This document shows positions 11,641 to 22,628 of a stretch of 64,000 nucleotides of DNA, piece after piece; the stretch's first letter is position 1; every line of letters starts with the position of its first letter. Origin of the DNA: Takakia lepidozioides (lineage: Eukaryota; Plantae; Bryophyta); contig CM060734.1 in NCBI GenBank assembly GCA_030704615.1, positions 60,698,001 to 60,762,000 of the forward strand, given 5' to 3'. A program made the position numbers and the translations under genes. Below the pieces are notes generated by a model. That model had not been told where the DNA came from. It searched no databases and was given only the letters and a program-made list of their open reading frames with translations.

Positions 11641-12034
11641 ATTAAATCCCCAACCCCCCTCCCCACAGCGACGCGTGTCAATTGATATGAGGAACCACAT
11701 GTCAAAATCGCGATGCGACACGTGCTGACGTCTGATTCCCTCCTGTGCAGTCGGGATGGCGTCGCAGTCTGACACGTGGCGTGTTCTGTAGAGAGCATGT
11801 GTCTCTCTTACACATCGGCTGACATGGACCCGTTCAGTCATTCAGTAAAGCCAGCGTGTATGACTACCCCCACAGCTGCTCAGGCATCACGTCACAGCCA
11901 GGCTGGCGAATCATATTTGCCATGCCACAACTGACTAGGGTTTTACGACTGTAGAGTCATGAAGTCGTAAATGGCTTTCATAACTGCATTTGCAGTCATA
12001 ACACAGAGTCGTAAAAGCCGCAATCTGTTGTAGT

Positions 12035-12195
12035 GCTTGCTTATCTTCCCACTGCCACTCCTGGTTTACATTGGTCAGCTTGATTAGAGATTTTGCCATA
12101 ACACTAAATCCTTTGACAAACTGTCTATAGTAGTTTGTCAACCCCATGAAAGCTCAAACTCGGCTCACATCCGTGGGATATGTCAGGCTCCCAAT
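12035..12195 (-). pseudogene. Ty3/gypsy reverse-transcriptase thumb/connection fragment
   Basis: PTDVSRV*AFMGLTNYYRQFVKGFSVMAKSLIKLT...WQW matches the gypsy FLGLxxYYRxF motif. Confidence 0.9.
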
Positions 12196-12253
12196 TGTCC
12201 TCTATAACTGCAACCTTAAGTCCAACAGACTTGGAGGACGCGTCCAGTGGTTG

Positions 12254-13395
12254 CTATGGTGCAACCTCTTGAGTAGTATTTCTTGCTTGCTCAGTCAATG
12301 ACAAGGCCTTATCCTGCCCCACCATCTCATCCTTGAGGACCTTCTCAACCCAAGAAGAATCCCCAACCTCATCCATCACAGCCGCCTTGGCTGCCAACTC
12401 CCTCTGAACCTCGAGCACCTCCCACGTGTGCCATGGATGTCTGCACCCTGTGGTCCTCATCGGCTCGTCCCCACTCACTGCCTGTACCGTCTCGGTAGGC
12501 AGAGAGACCGTCAAGGGAAGTGCATTCCGCACTATACGTTGCTCAGCCATAGCCAAGCTGATAATCCAGGTCAAGCAATTGAGATCCATCGCTTGCCCCA
12601 ACACCTGACGACATGATGCCTCAGAAAGAGAAGACACCGCCGTGGTCCCAGTGGAAAAACCCATAGCCCGCTCGCGCTCGTCGGCATTAGGCTCTACTAA
12701 CCGCTGCAACTGAGCATCCCACATGAGGCCAGGTCCACTAGCCCGAAAAGCATGTGATCCAGGAAAGTTGAGCAGTGTAGGTAGTGCTGCTCATGGTTGA
12801 CCCACCTTGTTGACCATTGCCAAAGGCGAACGGTTATCGTGTCTCACACGCTGAGACTGCCTCCCTGTGTCTAAAATGCTATCCACTGTGAGGTGTGTTG
12901 GCCGCTGCACCCCATTAAATGCACGCTTGGGCAGTGCGGGTGACATCAAGTTAGTCCACCATAACTGTGAACGATGAGCCCGTGACCCCACTATAGCTGC
13001 ATCCAGCGACACTGCTGACCCAAGCCACGACCGGACTTGATGCACACTGGCCATCACCCTGGCATGAGAATTGCCCAACAGTGGCACATTCTCCAATATG
13101 TAGGCTGGAGATACAGCTTGATGAAGCTGTAAGTGGCGCAAAACCCGCACCATCTCCCAAAACAGACCCGACCTCGAGTCTCGCAATCCATTGCCATGCC
13201 CGACTGATGAAGGCCCTTGGCAGGGCCAACCTGCCACTACCAAATTGATGGAGCCAACCCGCTCCAAATCCTGCGCCCCCAGCAAAGAGATGTCTGCTAG
13301 CACGGCTTGTTGATATCCACGAACCGCAGACACCGGCAACAACTCAGGGTACTGCTGCACCAACTGAGCAACATGGCGTAGGGAGACGGGTGAAT
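12254..13395 (-). pseudogene. Retrotransposon-encoded DNMT3-like C5 cytosine methyltransferase domain (motifs IV-X)
   Basis: ORFs 12791-13432 and 12254-12724 share one frame separated by a single TGA: INLVVAGWPCQG (IV), YILENV (VI), SRAHRSQLWWTN (VIII), ERERAMGFSTGTT (IX), RQVLGQAM (X). Confidence 0.9.
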
Positions 13396-13965
13396 GCAGG
13401 GTTGACTGGACCAAAATGGACGTTACCAACACAATTTTAGATGACTGTAATTGATGGTGTCATCAATTGAAATTGAATTAATTCATTAAAACCAGCAAAT
13501 ATATATGTCATTGGATTCCTAGCTTCAATACGCACCCATAGCAACTCTCCAATCATGAATCCGATAAGAAATGACTCCGCTATGGACTTTTGAACACCGT
13601 CATTGTGGACTGTTATCCCAATGAATGGAATTACAATGGACTCAAGTTTTCCTATGTGTCATTGGTGAATTCCATTGAAATTTGGACATAAGGTGGCCAT
13701 TTTGGTCCACATCATAGGTATGGATTTGAAGTGGCAAAATCATTTGTCATTTGACTCATATGAACTAATATATGTCAAAACAATAGGCGTTTTTTGAAAA
13801 ATCCATATCTCATCTTGTTTTTTGGATTTTGGGTATCATTTTTTTTCTAGAAGTATAAAAACATATCTTCAATGGCTAGGTGTCATATTGATTTTTTTTT
13901 GTAAACTCTAATTTTTAATTTTTCATAATTTCTCTAAATAATATACTAAAATATTTAATGAATTA
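13396..13965. mobile_element. AT-rich insertion (probable DNA-transposon fragment) replacing the N-terminus of the methyltransferase
   Basis: Abrupt drop in GC; begins near CAGGGTTGAC; no matching second TIR or TSD found. Confidence 0.5.
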
Positions 13966-14279
13966 TCTCCTCTCCTGACGGTAAAAAAAGCCTCTACCCA
14001 GGCTTGTTGCACACGACATTCAGCAACCTGCTGCAAATCCTTGCTCGAGCCCCACAATAGAGTGTGAGCAACCATGGCAGACAACTCCGTCATACCATAC
14101 ATGTCATCCTGCTCTCCCAGAGGTGACACATCCTCTGAATAAGTGTTGTCATCCAACAACTCTCCAGGCCAAGTCACTGCAGCTGTGAATGCTGCCAGTG
14201 TTGGCATCTTGCCTCGCAGGGCAACCGCAACTCCTCATATGAACGTCACATGGAGCTGCATACGCCGACCCTCCCCTGA

Positions 14280-14700
14280 CTACCATCCAGGCTTATAGGA
14301 AGCTGACTCCTCCCGAAAATCTAGGGTAAAGCCCATGGGGTACAACACTGCCCCACTAACAAGGACATCGTACGAGACCGCGTCTGTCACAATGGCCTTG
14401 GCTCTCATCACTGAGCCATCTATAGGATGATCCGGCTGTAGTCTGATAGCCAACTCACGCCGTGTCATGCCCCAAGCCTGCTCTGATCCTCCCAGAGATG
14501 TCAGTATCTGGAAAGGGCACGGCTCCAAATCCGCCTCCGTGAGGCCCAAGCCTGCAATTGCAACTCTGCCCAGTATCAATGGCTGAGCTCCCGAGTCCAA
14601 CAAGACTCGCAGTGGCCGATATCTCTTGCCTGCCGGTCCACTCAAACAGAAAATGTCATCCTAGTTGTCTAATATGACAACTCCAGGTGTCACCCTGGCG
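14280..14700 (-). pseudogene. Retroviral-type aspartic protease of the gypsy element
   Basis: RVLLDSGAQPLILG ... SYDVLVSGAVLYPMGFTLD. Confidence 0.85.
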
Positions 14701-15232
14701 CGCTCAATGGCTGGCCTAGCTGGCAGCTCTGCCAACCTGGCAGCTGCAGCTTGCCATGGCGCCGCCGTGGCAGTCTTGACCCTCACATCCGAGGATCCCT
14801 TCGTCACTATGCCTCCCACTATCTCCACAGAAATGAAGTAACCTCTCCATTCTCACAGAGTGTAGCTGCCAGCCTGAACACCTCAGCTGGTCTTACCCCC
14901 GGCGTCGCAATCATGGTAGCCGAGAACAATGGAGTTTGGCATACAGATGTGGCCGCCCCCAACAGCACACTAGCTGTCGTAGCCTTGGCAATACTAGGTA
15001 GTGGTGCTGCCCGTGTAGCTCTCCCCAATGACATAGTAACCTCCGCCTCGGTAACAGTCAGACGAGAACTAGGTGCCATAGACGGCGTCGACACTGTCTC
15101 CAATGTGAATGACTGAGGAAGCCTGGCCTGACAGCTTGCCTCCCCACGCTGTGAATCCAACTTCACCTCTGCACCTTGTGGCTCAGGAACTCGTGCTGTT
15201 CCTCGAGTCACTGCCGCAGCTGACTCCACTTG

Positions 15233-15395
15233 CACTAGTGGTAGTCCTGCCCCACACATAGTGGTAGTGGTAGTGTTACCCCACCCACAGTGGTAGTGGT
15301 AGTGCCACCCCTCACTAAGTGGTAGTGGTGCCCCACCCATAGTGGTAGTGGTAGTGGCACCCTTCATTAGTCATTAGTGCTGCCCCGCACATGAA
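15233..15395. repeat. Minisatellite, about six imperfect 24-29 bp units containing GTGGTAGTGGTAGTG
   Basis: Directly visible tandem units in the gag-protease linker. Confidence 0.8.
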
Positions 15396-15496
15396 TCCCA
15401 TGCCTCTCATGTCTCCTCCCTCAGGAACAGGAGGTGGACCATCCGGCCTTGGAGCCGGTACCACCTGAGCTGTGGCCATGGGAGCAAGCCTCTGCT

Positions 15497-16908
15497 CTAG
15501 CTACTGAAGCCGGTTGCCATGCCTTGGTCACTACCCTGACCTCCATGTCCTTGGCCATGTTGAGCTTGCCGTTGGCCTGCACCTCGTGCCAGGCCACCTC
15601 GTCCTCTCTGGGCTGCTCCACCTCGCCCCCGGCCACCATTGTTCCATTGGAACTGGCCTAGGCGCAACTCAGGATGCAAACCATAGCACTGGGCCTCTCT
15701 ATGCCCGTACTTGCCACAATGCCCACACTGCAAATGTGCAGGCTGTGCTGGTGCCAAACCATTGCCTCCCTCTGGGCAATCCTTCTTGACATGGGGTCCT
15801 CCACATGTCCAACATACCACATCTGCCCGTTGTTGGCTTGCAAATGAAGGGAGAGACCCCTGCATCTGAGGTCCTCTCTGCCCTTCCCTGGGCTTCACTT
15901 GAGCCTCCTTCTTACCTTGAGCACGTTGAGGTAGTGGCTAGCTAGGAGCACCACTACCCCGGGGTGCCTCCTTAGTCAATCCCACCATGACCACTCGTTC
16001 CTCCACCATGGTGAGCTCTATCCGCTCTGCCAGGAAAAGCACATTTGCTAAGGAGGGTTGGGCCGCTTGTAGAAGAGTTGCATCCCGCACCCTTCTCCTC
16101 AGCTCCTTATCCAATATCTCGTACCAGAATTGGACTGCCTGAGCTTCCGTAACCCCTTGGGTTACATTAATCAAGCGCCTCATGTGAGTGAAAGCCTCCC
16201 TCAAGCTCTTAGTAGGCTTCCTCTAGAACTCTTGCAAGCTCCTCAACTTCTCTGTCCTTACCCCTTGGTAGTTCCTTCTCAACTCTTCGAAGAACTCCAT
16301 AACAGGGTTGAAGGCAAGCACCGCCACTAGTGCTGGTGCAGCAGGAGCTTGAGTGGACGTCGTAGTTGCTGTACAACTAGTCCCACTACTGCTCGTGGAA
16401 ACTGCTGGTGTAGCTGCCGGTGTGGTTGCTGCCCTTGTGCCTCTAGTGATGGAGACATAATCGGGTGACCAGTACATCCTCCACTCCTCGATCTCAACAT
16501 CGTGCCCCTGCCTAAACTCATGGTAATCATCCATGGGCACCCCTCAAGGTGCTGAAACAGCCCCTTCCATGCCATTAAAAGCGTAAACAGTTGTGGATTG
16601 CGCATTTGCTGCAAGTCACACCAACTATCAAACTCTTGAATGAAATCATGCAACTCAATGGTGCCCATTGCCCCAGAGTACCTTCGTGGCCCCTTGGTGG
16701 CTCCATACATCCCCTCCATTGTGTCCCACAACAATGGCAAAGAAACAACTTGCACCGCTGGTGTGAGTCCTCCTGATTCACAATCCGAATCAGAGTCTTC
16801 CGTAGAAGACACAGGAGGTGAAGGTGGCCTAAACCGTACACCTCGTCTCGTATACCCGCTAGTATCGTTTGTGCTCGTACCGGCACTTTCTCCAGCAACT
16901 AGTGGCAC
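15497..16908 (-). pseudogene. Gag of the gypsy element (frameshifted) with two CCHC zinc knuckles
   Basis: ELHDFIQEFDSWCD, FFEELRRNY, FWYEILDKELRRRV; knuckles CWTCGGPHVKKDC and CGHCGKYGHREAQC. Confidence 0.85.
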
Positions 16909-16947
16909 CTCCGTGTTGACAAACTGACACTCAACCGGTCATGAACC

Positions 16948-17908
16948 TGTCTCTAACCCCCTCTCCACAAGGTAACCGGTCAGAGAACCTGATGCGGCTT
17001 ATGGTTTGGAATACTAGGTTCTTAACATAGCCTGCACCTGCACTTGCATCCACCGTAGGCACTCCTATGGTTGGTTGGTCATCACCTCCAACCTCACCAC
17101 ATGAGAAACAAAGATGGTCTGACTGGTCATCAACCCAGCCTCACCATCGACAGCATGCTCTAGGGTTGGATCGGCGATCAAGCCCGAATCAACCACCTAT
17201 AAAATCAAGCGCCCACACAAAACTAACATGGCGCACAATCAAGCATGCAGGTGTGGAGGGGATCCAAACACAAGAATGAAAACAACAACTCCCCCACACC
17301 AAAAATCTCTCCACAGTGTCGCTCCTGCAACCCAGCCCAAACCCGGACTGACTCTTGCCTCCACCTACGGAAAGGTCTCGGCCTACAGAGAAGATGGAAA
17401 GCTACGAGGAATGGAAGCTAAAACAATGCCTATCCCCATCACGCTCTCATCCCAACACCTTTTTTTTTCCTCTCTTCTCTCACTTGCATGACCATGAGAA
17501 CATCTTGTAAACACTCCTCAAACCGCCCTCCACGAGCTCATGAAACTTGGCCTCCAAGGCCCCATGCAAGCCTCCACAGGGTCCGCCAGTGCCTCCTTAT
17601 ATCCACTAGTCATTCCTCATAATGGAACCACCTCAGGAAACCACGCCGTTCACTGAAGGTTAAAAAATGGAGCAAATAGAGGTACATATAGGCCCCAACA
17701 ACATTATGTCCAAAGGAATTACCTGCAGGCTGGTCACCCCTATAGTTAAGAATTGGGCTGAAAACCCGAAAAGATTACCTGCAGGGAAGTAATCCCCTTT
17801 GTTAAAATGCAACAGGGAGGCGATTCCGACTTTTCTGCCGGATCAGCTAGCTCAAAACCGTTGTTCTTCAGAGCCCAGCCTCCCCATCAAGGTCCCATGA
17901 AACGAGTG

Positions 17909-17939
<31 letters not shown>

Positions 17940-18422
17940 TTCACTCTGCCTGTTCGCGGCCTTCCGTAGCTCTAACCGCCATGACTCCTCACGGCCCACC
18001 CTAGGCGCTCGTTGGCCATGGGCTGCCTCGTGATACCCCGTGGTACCACGCCCACGAGCCTTCACGGCCCGCCATCCCCACGATGTGGTCACCGTGCCAA
18101 CCCGTTGTGTCCGCACCACGGGTTCCAACGGTCACGGTCAACGGTCACGGTCAACAGTCACGGCCTAGGCTCGTGGTATCTCGTGATACCGCCCCCACGG
18201 CCCATCACAGCCACTGTTCCCTGCGTGCCCTGGAACTCCCAACGAGTTCCCATACGTTCCCGAGGCGTTCTCTGGCGTTCCCACGCGTTCCGGAGCTCTC
18301 CCCGAGCTGGGGTTTGCTGCTGCACCTGCTGCCGACGAGCTATGGCTTCTGCAGAGCCATCAACCCCGTTGCCCTGCACTCTTGGGCTCTCACGACCCAC
18401 CAGAGGCACCCTAAACTCGACA
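16948..18422 (-). repeat. Putative 5' LTR of the DNMT-gypsy element
   Basis: Minus strand TGTCGAG (18422) ... GAGACA (16948) gives TGTC/GACA inverted ends, ~40 bp upstream of gag; TATA-like GATATAAG near 17600. No second LTR to confirm. Confidence 0.45.
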
Positions 18423-19668
18423 AGTAAGCAATATGCTGCCCAATAAGCTCCATTTCTTCATGAAGCTCACAAAAACGAATGAAAATACACACCTTTACAA
18501 ATTTGGTGCACCTGCAGTTCTACTGCACATTCCCTGGTTCTAGGACGCCTTGTTGCTGCCCTTCCTGCCCCCGCTCTTGCCACTCCAAGAGCCCTTACAC
18601 TGCTGAATTTCAGATTGAAACTCCAACTCAGCACACGTTTCACAAGTGCACTAACTTGCACACAAGAGGGACCAGCCCCCTCTTTTCACTCATACCTCTT
18701 CATGAGCTTGGAGCTACTGAAGCTCCCAACGGGCTGCGATGCATCCCCTCGCAGCTCCACCATTCTACTGCTCCTCATCTACCCGCAACAACTAGTTTCG
18801 GGCATAAATACCTGGAGCTGATTATATCATCTCCAACCTGCAACATGCTAGCTTCCCATGCGCAACCCACATTTCTTCAGCTCCTCAACTCGGCCTGCAG
18901 CTGAAGAAGACGACCACCAGTTCGCCCACTCATGGCCAGCATCTCCTCCGCTTCACACTAAAAGCCCAAACTTGGTTGCCATAGCATTGAGCTATGCAAC
19001 GTTGCCCTTCAACATAGGCTAGCCGCCTCTCTATCCATTGCAAACTTGCAACCTGTTTGCCTTTGCACTCTATCCGTTTTGGATAGGTCATGCACGGATC
19101 CCTGCATTCTAGGCTGAACCGCTTCTCAGATCTGAAAACACAAGTGCAACAACTAACTCGAATCTGACACTCACAGACTCGAGCTGATCTTTCTCGAGTG
19201 ATAAGGAAAGGAAGATACAAGCATACAAGCTCTCTCAAACTCATACACCTGCACATGAAAATATCACTCATATATTAAGTCGAGCCAAGTGCACCCCACG
19301 CCATGGGGAATCCACAAAACGGCGCCATAGCTAGACGCAGTGAGGCTCAACTCAAGAAAGATGAGCCCACCGCGATCTGCCGTGAAGATAACAACGCCAG
19401 GTGCCCAAACATATATTGGCCCCTGGATTGACACTTGGGTCAACCCCAAATGTCAATATGTAAAAGCTAGTTATTTCCTAGCTAACTCACACTAGTGGTA
19501 AAATAACTTGACAGATGAGCCCACCGCGATCTGCCGTGAAGATAACAATGTCAGGTGCCCAAACATGTATTGGCCCCTGGATTGATACTTGGGTCAATCC
19601 CAAATGTCAATATATAAAAGCTAGCTATTTCCTAGCTAATTTCACACTAGTGGTAAAATAACTTGACA
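18423..19668 (-). mobile_element. Unclassified repeat element B (same family as A) with tandemly duplicated terminus
   Basis: Homologous to 7610-8023; 19360-19513 and 19514-19668 are direct tandem copies, each ending AACTTGACA. Confidence 0.55.
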
Positions 19669-19669
19669 G

Positions 19670-22442
19670 TCGGGATCAATGGCTCATTCTTGGCCTGGAT
19701 TAAGATCCTCTTTCTCTCAGCTTCTAGTAAGGTTCTGGTTAATGGGGCTCTATCCAATTCGTTCCCTCTTCATCGCTCTGTGTGGCAAGGATGTCCGCTT
19801 GCTCCCTTTCTTTTTATATCATAGTCGCGGATGGGCTTGGTCATTTGTTGGACTCGGTCAGCAGTGTTCGGGGGTTGGCTATCCCCAGATCTATGCCCTC
19901 TTCTTATACAATTAAGGCTTCGTTATATGCTGATGACACAGTTCTTCTAATTGATAATAGCTCTTTCTCCAATGTCTCCAGCTCTTTACAACCTTTTGTG
20001 AAGCTTCTGGTCTTGCAATAAACTGGGCTAAGTCGGTAGGCCTATGGAATCCGTGACATGGTTCCTGACAATTAAACTCCATGGGGACGCAATATGGGTG
20101 AAGATACGTGGGATCCACTTGGCCAGCAAGGCTAGCACCTGAGCTTGAGGATCGATCACACCCAACCCTCCAAGCTTCTTTTTCTGTATAATCTGAGACC
20201 AGCTTACCAATGCCCGGCGGTTAGGGGCAGTGGGCGAGGCCCCCCATAGGAAGTTCCTAGCCATCACTTTGATTTGGTTTATAATAAACGAGCCGGGGGA
20301 CCAAGCAGAAGCCGTGAACCAAGAGGCAGCAAGCATGACCTGATTAACTATTAAGGCTCTTCCTACTATAGAGAGATGCACAGAGCTCCAGAAACACATT
20401 TCTCTCTTAAGCTTAGTGACCACATGGCCACATCTTTGCTGATCAGAGATGTCGTGCCCTATAAGCTGCCCAAGGAGAACATGGGCCTGCCCATCCTGCA
20501 GCCATACTAGCCCCAAATCAGCCCCCCATGGCTGACAATGGCTAGCAAGCGCGGGTTTCCTGAGCTTAGATAGGTCCAGCTCGAACCCATGGCCTTCTTC
20601 TCTTAAGTGGCTAGTTCAAGGGCACCAATCCAGATCTACTAAGGTTGGCTCCAAGGCATGGCAGTCTATTTGGGATGCTTGCTTACGTATGAGGCCCCAA
20701 CTATCGCAGAGAACCCTTGCCACTGCAGAAGAGGCTCTTAGGCAAACCTTGTTTGTAAACTATAATTCAGATTCAGATTCCCTCTTGAAATGCTGCAGGC
20801 GATGGAGCTTATGTGAAAAGACTGGAAATTCGCATTTCATTCACCTGTTTGAGAATGGGGTCCCTCTTCCTATGGATATTGTCACCAGTAGCCTCCCAAG
20901 GCAGCTGCCTCCGCTTGGAGCTCGATCGTCTCTAAAATTCCCAGTTCCTGGATCTCTCTTTGTTCTCTGCCTCGAAATTTAACCTCCCTCCCTGTTTGGT
21001 TTGGTAGCCTGGAGGCTTTGCCCCATTTTGCCTTCCTTGCGTTGTATCGGTAGAATTCAAGCTTCAGGGTTGGAAATTCGTTGTGGGGACATTTGGCTCC
21101 CTCCACTCTCCCATTATGGCGGAGGCTGCTGAATTAGAATTAACCCCCATTAGAGTTATTTGCATGATCACTTGACAAATGAGCCCCTTGCTTCCTATTA
21201 ATATTCAACACTACACATGCTCTTTTCGATGGTTCCTGAAAGCTCCCTTGATGTCTCTCCAGTTCGACCCAGAAGAATGGGTGTGGATGACCAAGAAGCA
21301 TGACCCGTTTTTTCGCTTACACGGTCAAGAAAGGATACTCCCTGCTGGTTCTTCATGGATTCGAAATATTCGCATAAATGGAGACACCTGTTCTCTGAGC
21401 CTATTTCATGGAAGCCCATATGGTCACATGTATGGAGGAAAGATAGGGCAACAAAAGTTAGTGGTTTTCTTTGGAGGCTGGCCAATAGAGTCCTGCCTAT
21501 CACTCACGTATCTGCTGATACTATTACAGTCTGCCAACTTTGCTTTTCCATGGTCAAGGAAACCTTAGAGCCCCTGTTTTGCTCGTCCAGTTGCAGCCTT
21601 CATTTGGGACAAAGTTGCGACTTACTATAGAGTCTGGGGAGAAGACTTCCCTCGTGACCCTTCAGTCATTCTACTAAACTATCACAATGGTTCCTTGTGG
21701 TCCCACTGTCCTATCTGGGCTGCTCTCCGAGCTCATATCCTTTGGCATATTTGGAAAGCTCATTGTTCTTCCCTTTATGATGGAATTATGCCCACTGCTA
21801 GAGTTATCCACTTTAGAACTCACTCGGACTTGCAGTTTGAAGCTCGGAAGGTGTGGGAGGTGTTATGTGCAGCTTTTTATAGATGGAAAGAAGAAAAGCG
21901 GCAACAGTCATTTGCTACATTTGATGCAACTTGGGGAAAGGGAGGCATCTTCGGCACCAGAATTGTCGAGCTTCGAATTGCATGGAGCAACTCCCTCCCT
22001 GCATGCTGGGAGTTCCCTTAGTGCAAAGTACTCTCCTGCAGATGGTGAAGAGCAAGAAGGCAATTGGCGTCACCGTCGGAGCTTCAGGAGGACCAAGTCC
22101 AGGGTTCATCTCTCTTGAGGAAGTGATAGGCTCAGGCTCTTTTGCCCTTACAATCTGTAGAATCTGCCTTTGCTCTCTAGCTATGTTAGACAGATTCGGG
22201 CCCTGCTCTCCAACCCTGTTTATGGCTGTCGGTTGGTCTCTAGTTGGCTTACATCCCCTTTCCATTGAAGTGCTGATAGGATCTACCCCTGAACTCTGGT
22301 TACTGAGCAGTGTCTCTTTGTTGGTCTAATGGCTTCCTCGCAAGGTTATTTTTTCCTTGCATGTATCTCGTTTTGCCTTATTAATAAATACTCAGGGCTC
22401 CGTCCCATGTTCCTGGAAAATAATAATAATAATAATAATAAA
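19670..22442 (+). mobile_element. L1/Tx1-type LINE: RT to C-terminus, 3' UTR and A/(AAT)n tail, with internal inversion
   Basis: LVNG..S..F..HRSV/QGCPLAPFLF, LYADD, SGLAINWAKS; inverted block 20048-20549 (NFLWG, LVSW, GGLGV); KVSGFLWRLANRVL..CQLC..ETLE, LWHIWKA; stop 22021; tail 22417-22442. Confidence 0.9.
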
Positions 22443-22628
22443 ATTGTGCAATAAAAGATATAATAGTGCATTGTGATGTATCTATTGTTGTCTAAGAAGC
22501 AATGAACTTGGTGAATAATGATGGTCTACTTGGTGAAACACACGGTCAGATAACAAATCAACGAAAGATCCATTAATCAATTAACTTCATTAACTTATTT
22601 TGATTTTGTTACACATTTTCTTCTGAAG

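Larger units (their letters stand above)
12030..18422 (-). mobile_element. Decayed Ty3/gypsy LTR retrotransposon: putative LTR - gag - 2x CCHC - protease - C5 DNA methyltransferase - RT remnant
   Basis: Collinear minus-strand domains listed separately below; RNase H, integrase and 3' LTR not seen. Confidence 0.88.

Noticed and set aside
11660-12020. ACGT/G-box-rich segment as ABRE promoter or gypsy 3' LTR
   Set aside because: No similarity to 16948-18422 and no adjacent gene; more likely a DNA-transposon end.
19315-19328. TGGCGCCGTT on the minus strand as a tRNA primer-binding site
   Set aside because: Not preceded by an LTR-ending CA and absent from copy A.
3930-22442. LINE endonuclease (4.4-5.4 kb) and RT (19.7-22.4 kb) as halves of one element split by nesting
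   Set aside because: No TSD evidence, and unrelated gene fragments and another LINE C-terminus lie between them.
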